Below are positions 59,458 to 64,000 of a stretch of 64,000 nt of DNA, in pieces. This DNA comes from an uncultured Actinomycetes bacterium (GTDB lineage: Bacteria > Actinomycetota > Thermoleophilia > Gaiellales > Gaiellaceae): positions 223,363 to 287,362 of the forward strand of contig OY970397.1 in the NCBI GenBank assembly GCA_963720515.1, read 5' to 3'. How positions within the stretch are numbered: the first letter of the stretch is position 1; the number at the start of each line of letters is the position of its first letter. The notes beneath the pieces were generated by a model. It made no database searches. It saw only the letters and a list, made by a program, of their open reading frames with translations, and was not told where the DNA came from. The translations under genes and the position numbers were made by a program.

Positions 59458-59580
59458 GCGCGGTCACGAACTCGGCGCAGGTCGTGACACTCTCGGCACG
59501 TTCCGTCACAGACACGCGCGGATTTCGCGCGTATCGTCAACGGCGGGGGCAAGGGGCCGAAGGCCCCCGGGGGAAGTCTC
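59458..59580 (+). repeat. intergenic element family, copy G (hairpin module type 2)
   Basis: CGGCGCAGGT CGTGACACTCT CGGCACGTTC CGTCACAGACA (59473-59514)-17 nt-TATCGT (59532-59537), then GGCGGGGGCAAGGGGCCGAAGGCCCCCGGGGGAAG. Confidence 0.85.
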
Positions 59581-59596
59581 ACGAGCGGGTTGCGGC

Positions 59597-60835
59597 GTGA
59601 CCGCGCGCGACGTCGCCTTCCAGGTCGTCCGCCGCGTCTTCGAAGACGACGCGTACGCCGACCGCGCCTTCCGCTCGGCGGCCGACGCGGCCGCGCTCGA
59701 CGAGCGCGACCGCGCCTTCGCCATGCAGCTCGCCTACGGGACGGTGCAGCGCGTCCGCACGCTCGACCACGCGATCGACACGCTCGGCCGGCGTCCCGTC
59801 CGCAAGCTCGATGCACCCGTACTGGCCGCGCTCCGCCTCGGCGCCTACCAGCTCGGCTTCATGGACGGCGTCCCCGCCCATGCCGCGGCGAACGAATCCG
59901 TCGAGCTCGTCCGCGCGGCCGGGCTCGAGCGCGCGGTCGCGTTCACGAACGCGGTCATGCGCCGCCTGGCCGAGGGCATCCGCGAGCTCGTGGCATCGCT
60001 CCCCGAGGCGACGCCCGCCGAGGCCGCGCTCCGCCACTCCTACCCGGACTGGATCGCCGAGACCTTCTGGCGCGAGCTCGGGCCCCCCGACGCGCTCGCG
60101 CTCATGGCCGCGCAGAACGAGCCGCCGCCGACCGTCGTCCGCGTGGCGGCGCGCGGCGTCGATCTCCCGGGCGAGCGGGATCCCGAGGTCCCCACCGCGC
60201 TCACGGTCGACCGGATCGCGCCCGAGTGGATCGAGCAGGGGCTCGCCTGGCCGCAGAGCCGCGGGTCCCAGCTCGCAGCACTCGCCGTCGGCGCGCAGCC
60301 CGGCGAGCGGATCCTCGACCTCTGCGCGGCCCCGGGCGGCAAGGCGATGCAGCTCGCCGAGGCCGCCGCCGAGGTGGTCGCGGTCGAGCTCCACGAGGGC
60401 CGCGCGCGTGAGCTCGAGGACACCGCCGCGCGATTCGGCCTCGCGAACGTCCGCGTCGTCAACGCCGACGCGCTGGAGCTCGACCCCGCCTACACGGGCT
60501 TCGACCGGGTGCTCGTGGACGCGCCGTGCTCCGGCCTCGGCGTCCTCGCCTCGCGGCCCGATCTGCGCTGGCGCGCCGAGCCGCTGCCCGAACTTCAGCG
60601 AGGGCTGCTCGCGGTGGCCGCCGAGCGCGTGCGCCCTGGCGGCACGATCACCTACTCCGTGTGCACGATCACCCGCGCCGAGACCGACGACATCGTGGAC
60701 GCCGGAGGCCTCCCGCTCGACGACCTCGGGGCCGAGTGGCCAGCCTTCCGCCACCCGCGGCGCCCTGAGGCGCTGCTCACGCTCCCGCATGTCCACGGCA
60801 CGTCCGGCTTCTTCACGGCGAGAATGCGCGCATGA
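59597..60835 (+). CDS. rsmB: 16S rRNA (cytosine-C5)-methyltransferase RsmB/Sun
   Basis: NusB-like N-terminus, then LDLCAAPGGK...VDAPCSGLGV...YSVCT. Confidence 0.9.
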   Translation: MTARDVAFQVVRRVFEDDAYADRAFRSAADAAALDERDRAFAMQLAYGTVQRVRTLDHAIDTLGRRPVRKLDAPVLAALRLGAYQLGFMDGVPAHAAANESVELVRAAGLERAVAFTNAVMRRLAEGIRELVASLPEATPAEAALRHSYPDWIAETFWRELGPPDALALMAAQNEPPPTVVRVAARGVDLPGERDPEVPTALTVDRIAPEWIEQGLAWPQSRGSQLAALAVGAQPGERILDLCAAPGGKAMQLAEAAAEVVAVELHEGRARELEDTAARFGLANVRVVNADALELDPAYTGFDRVLVDAPCSGLGVLASRPDLRWRAEPLPELQRGLLAVAAERVRPGGTITYSVCTITRAETDDIVDAGGLPLDDLGAEWPAFRHPRRPEALLTLPHVHGTSGFFTARMRA

Positions 60836-61509
60836 GCTGGGAGACGTGGTCGCGTGGGCCGGAGATCGAGCCGTCGCTCTACGCGGCCGACTTCGCGCGG
60901 CTCGGCGAGCAGATCGAGACGCTCCTCGACGCGGGCGTCCGGATCTTTCACTTCGACGTCGGCGACGGGCACTTCGTCGAGCCGGTCACCATCGGTCCCG
61001 TCGTCCTCCAGTCGATCTCCGGCCTCGTCCACGACCGCGGAGGCGTGCTCGACTGCCATCTCATGGTGACGAACCCTGAGCGCCACTTTCCGCAGATCGC
61101 GCGGGCCGGGGGCGACAGCGTCACGTTCCACCACGAGGTCGCGGACGATCCGGCCGCGCTGGTCGCGCAGGCGCGCGACCTCGGGCTCGGCGTCGGGCTC
61201 GCGTTCAACCCGGAGAGCGCGGTGGCCGACGCGGTCGCCGTGGCGGACGGCGTCGACCTCGTGCTGTGCATGAGCATCCATCCCGGCTACTCCGGCCAGG
61301 AGTTCATGCCCGAGGCGATCGACCGGCTCCGCGCCACGCGCGACGCGCTCCCCGCCGAGGTGCACGTGCAGGTGGACGGCGGGATCACGGACGAGAACGT
61401 CGCAGCCGTGCGCGAGGCGGGCGCCGATCTGATCGTCGCCGGGAGCGCCGTCTTCGGGGCCTCGTCCATCGCGGACGCCTACCGCGGGCTCGCGTCCGCG
61501 ATCGCGTGA
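60832..61509 (+). CDS. rpe: ribulose-phosphate 3-epimerase
   Basis: IEPSLYAADFARLGEQIE...HFDVGDGHFV...HLMV...MSIHPGYSGQ. Confidence 0.93.
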   Translation: MSWETWSRGPEIEPSLYAADFARLGEQIETLLDAGVRIFHFDVGDGHFVEPVTIGPVVLQSISGLVHDRGGVLDCHLMVTNPERHFPQIARAGGDSVTFHHEVADDPAALVAQARDLGLGVGLAFNPESAVADAVAVADGVDLVLCMSIHPGYSGQEFMPEAIDRLRATRDALPAEVHVQVDGGITDENVAAVREAGADLIVAGSAVFGASSIADAYRGLASAIA

Positions 61510-62500
61510 GCGACGACGCCCGGCACCTCGAGCGCGCGATCGAGCTCGCCGAGCAGGGCCGCGGGACGACGCGGCCGAACCCGCTCGTCGGCGCCGTCGT
61601 CGTCAGCGGACGGCGAGGTGGTGGGGGAGGGCTGGCACGAGCGGCCGGGGCTTCCGCACGCCGAAGCACTCGCGCTCGAGGCGGCGGGGGAGCGGACGCG
61701 CGGCGCGACGCTCTACGTGACGCTCGAGCCGTGCGTCCACACCGGGCGGACGCCCCCGTGCGCGGACGCCGTGGTCGCGGCCGGGATCGCGCGGGCCGTG
61801 GTCGGCGCCCAGGATCCGTACGCGCCCGTGAACGGGCGGGGTCTCACACGAATTCGCGAGGCGGGAATCGAGGTCTCGCTCGCCGAGGGCGATCTCGCCC
61901 GGCGCGTCCGGCGGCAGAACGAGGCGTTCCTCACCTGGGCGGCCGAGGAGCGTCCGTTCGTCACGTACAAGGCGGCGATGACGCTCGACGGTCGGCTGGC
62001 CGCGTCCTCCGGAGATGCGCGCTGGATCTCGGGCGAGGAGAGCCGGCGGCGCGCGCACGAGTTGCGCGCGCTCGCGGATGCGGTCGCGGTCGGCATGGGC
62101 ACCGTGCGTGCGGAGAATCCGCGCCTCGACGCCCGTGACGTGGGAGCGGAGCGCCAGCCACGCCGGCTCGCGTTCGGGCAAGGGCCGCTTCCCGAGGGCT
62201 CGGAGCTCGAGCTCGTCGAAGGCCCGCTCGACGAGGCGCTGCGCCGGCTCGCGGAGGAGGAGGTGCAGTCGCTGCTGCTGGAGGGCGGGCCCACGTTGGC
62301 CGGCGCGTTTCTGCGCGCCGGCCTCCTGGACAAGCTCGTCCTGTTCGTGGCGCCGACGCTCATCGGCGGCGACGACGCGCCGCCGCTCTTCGCGGGCCCG
62401 GGCGCGCAGACGCTTGCGGAGGCGGTTCCCCTGTCTCGCCCTCGAGACCGACCGCGCGGGCGACGACGTCGTCCTGACGGCGTACGTCCGCGAGCCCTAG
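61506..62500 (+). CDS. ribD: bifunctional riboflavin biosynthesis deaminase/reductase RibD, frame broken near 61610 and 62430
   Basis: RAIELAEQGRGTTRPNPLVGAVVV / GEVVGEGWHERPGLPHAEALALE...LEPCVHTGRTPPC...KAAMTLDGR...LLLEGGPTLA / ETDRAGDDVVLTAYVREP. Confidence 0.88.
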
Positions 62501-62534
62501 CCTCCGAGGCAGCCGTCCGACGCGCCGCTGGCGC

Positions 62535-62655
62535 CCGCAAGCGGGCGCTCCCCCCGTTCGGGGGCGCGAGGCTCCCAGCACGAACGCTATCGGGGCCGGG
62601 CGCACGTGTGTGTCGCGGAACTGCACCGAATCTGTGCCGATCGCTCCACAGGCCG
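62535..62655 (-). repeat. intergenic element family, copy H (hairpin module type 1 variant) between ribD and ribE
   Basis: Minus-strand reading: CCTGTGGAGCGATCGGCACAGATTCGGTGCAGTTCCGCGACACACA-17 nt-TAGCGT-TCGTGCTGGGAGCCTCGCGCCCCCGAACGGGGGGAGCGCCCGCTTGCGGGCGC. Confidence 0.8.
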
Positions 62656-62703
62656 GGGGCCCCGGCCTCGGCAGGCGCGACCCGCCCGCGTATCGTTTCC
62701 CGC

Positions 62704-63300
62704 ATGTTCACGGGGATCGTGCGCGAGGTCGGGACCGTCGAGTCGGTCGAGCCCGTCGCCGAAGGCGGCGCGCGCCTGCGCGTGCGCGCGGCCCGGACCG
62801 CGGCCCGCACGGCCACCGGCGACTCCGTCTCCGTCGCAGGCGTGTGCCTCACGGCGATCGAGGTCGTCGAAGGGTCGATCGCCTTCGACGCCGTGCCGGA
62901 GACGCTCGCCCGCACGACGCTCGGGGCGCTCGAGCCGGGCGCGCGCGCGAACCTCGAGGCCGCGCTCCGCGCCGGCGATCCGATGGGCGGCCACGTCGTC
63001 CAGGGCCACGTCGACGGCGTCGGCACGGTCGTCTCGCTCGCGCCCGAGGGCGACGGCGCGCGCCTCACTGTTGAGCTCCCCGAGTCGCTCGCGCACCTCG
63101 CGGCCGAGAAGGGCTCGATCGCGCTCGACGGCGTCAGCCTCACCGTCGCGGCGCTCGACGGCGCGCACGTCGAGATCGCGCTCGTGCCGCACACGCTTGC
63201 CGAGACCACGCTCGGCGCCCTCGCCCGGGGCGACCGCGTCAACGTCGAGACGGACATCCTTGCCCGGCAGGTCGAGCGCCTCCTCGAAGCGCGCCGGTAG
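62704..63300 (+). CDS. ribE: riboflavin synthase alpha subunit
   Basis: MFTGIVREVGTV...GDSVSVAGVCLT...MGGHVVQGHVDG...GSIALDGVSLTV. TATCGT lies 7 nt upstream of the ATG. Confidence 0.94.
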   Translation: MFTGIVREVGTVESVEPVAEGGARLRVRAARTAARTATGDSVSVAGVCLTAIEVVEGSIAFDAVPETLARTTLGALEPGARANLEAALRAGDPMGGHVVQGHVDGVGTVVSLAPEGDGARLTVELPESLAHLAAEKGSIALDGVSLTVAALDGAHVEIALVPHTLAETTLGALARGDRVNVETDILARQVERLLEARR

Positions 63301-63322
63301 CGCCGCGATACGATTCACCACG

Positions 63323-64000
63323 ATGCGAGACGACTATGAGGCGCGCGACGAGACGACCCCCTTCGCGCCGATCGAGCAGGCGATCGAGGACATCCGCGAC
63401 GGCAAGTTCGTCGTGGTCGTCGACGCTGCCGATCGCGAGAACGAGGGCGACCTCACGATCGCCGCGCAGTTCGCGACGCCCGAGGCGATCAACTTCATGG
63501 CCACACACGGCCGCGGCCTCATCTGTCTCTGCCTGACCGGCGAGCGCTGCGACGCGCTCGGGCTTCGCCCGATGACGCACGAGAACGAGACGCCGTACGG
63601 CACCGCGTTCACCGTGTCCGTCGAGGCCCGCGAGGGGATCTCGACGGGGATCTCGGCACAGGACCGCTCCCGGACGATCCAGGTCGCGATCGACCCTTCG
63701 AAAGGCCCGCGCGACCTCGTCCAGCCAGGTCACACCTTTCCGCTGCGCGCAAAGCCGGGCGGCGTCCTCCAGCGCGCCGGCCAGACCGAGGCGGCCGTCG
63801 ATCTCGCGCGGCTGGCGGGTCTCAACCCCGCGGGCGTGGTCTGCGAGATCATGAACGAGGACGGGACGATGGCCCGCGTGCCCGATCTCATCCCGTTCTG
63901 CGAGCGCCACGGCCTCACCATGGTCACCGTCGCCGATCTGATCGAGTACCGGCGGCGCACAGAGAAGCTCGTCGAGCGCGCGACCTCCGTCCGCCTACCG
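63323..64000 (+). CDS. ribBA: bifunctional DHBP synthase / GTP cyclohydrolase II (5' part only; runs off the right edge)
   Basis: My own translation from ATG 63323: MRDDYEARDETTPFAPIEQAIEDIRDGKFVVVVDAADRENEGDLTIAAQF...VSVEAREGISTGISAQDR...VLQRAGQTEAAVDLARLAG. Not in the ORF track because it has no stop. Confidence 0.93.
   Translation, partial: MRDDYEARDETTPFAPIEQAIEDIRDGKFVVVVDAADRENEGDLTIAAQFATPEAINFMATHGRGLICLCLTGERCDALGLRPMTHENETPYGTAFTVSVEAREGISTGISAQDRSRTIQVAIDPSKGPRDLVQPGHTFPLRAKPGGVLQRAGQTEAAVDLARLAGLNPAGVVCEIMNEDGTMARVPDLIPFCERHGLTMVTVADLIEYRRRTEKLVERATSVRLP

Noticed and set aside
62633-62652. CRP/FNR-type site in the outer end of copies E, H, F and C (CTGTGCCGATCGCTCCACAG).
   Set aside because: The half-sites TGTG and CACA are separated by 10 nt rather than the 8 nt of the TGTGA-N6-TCACA consensus. 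I treat it as part of the repeat terminus only.

Overview
Very GC-rich bacterial chromosomal segment. Gene content and order look Actinomycetota-like, possibly a deep-branching class such as Thermoleophilia or Rubrobacteria; this is my inference and is unverified. I call about 68 protein-coding genes, mostly housekeeping: thrS-infC-rpmI-rplT, pheST, a 2-oxoacid dehydrogenase set (E1 alpha, E1 beta, E2, with lpdA about 4 kb away), dnaE, lgt-scpAB, trpS/aroF-tyrA-aroA-cmk-plsC-der-gpsA, metK, and priA-def-fmt-rsmB-rpe-ribD-ribE-ribBA. I recognised no rRNA, tRNA, CRISPR array, transposase or integrase.

Four things stand out.
(1) A nine-copy intergenic element family built on a conserved promoter-like core. 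The core has phased GKCACA direct repeats, a CAGACA hexamer, an exactly 17-nt spacer and a TANNNT hexamer, followed by one of three alternative GC-rich hairpin modules. I cannot assign it to any RNA or repeat family I know, and it is my top candidate for something undescribed.
(2) A 3.3-kb cassette-like accessory stretch (31.7-35.0 kb). Four single genes are separated by direct copies of a roughly 55-nt repeat, and no recombinase lies in the window. One cassette encodes a 2TM protein with a Rossmann-like or TIR-like domain.
(3) About 20 single-base frameshifts, many in essential genes. This argues for indel errors in the assembly rather than biology.
(4) Pervasive leaderless gene starts, with TANNNT 6-9 nt upstream of the start codon.

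Many long ORFs in the six-frame track are antisense or out-of-frame artefacts of high GC and are not reported as genes.
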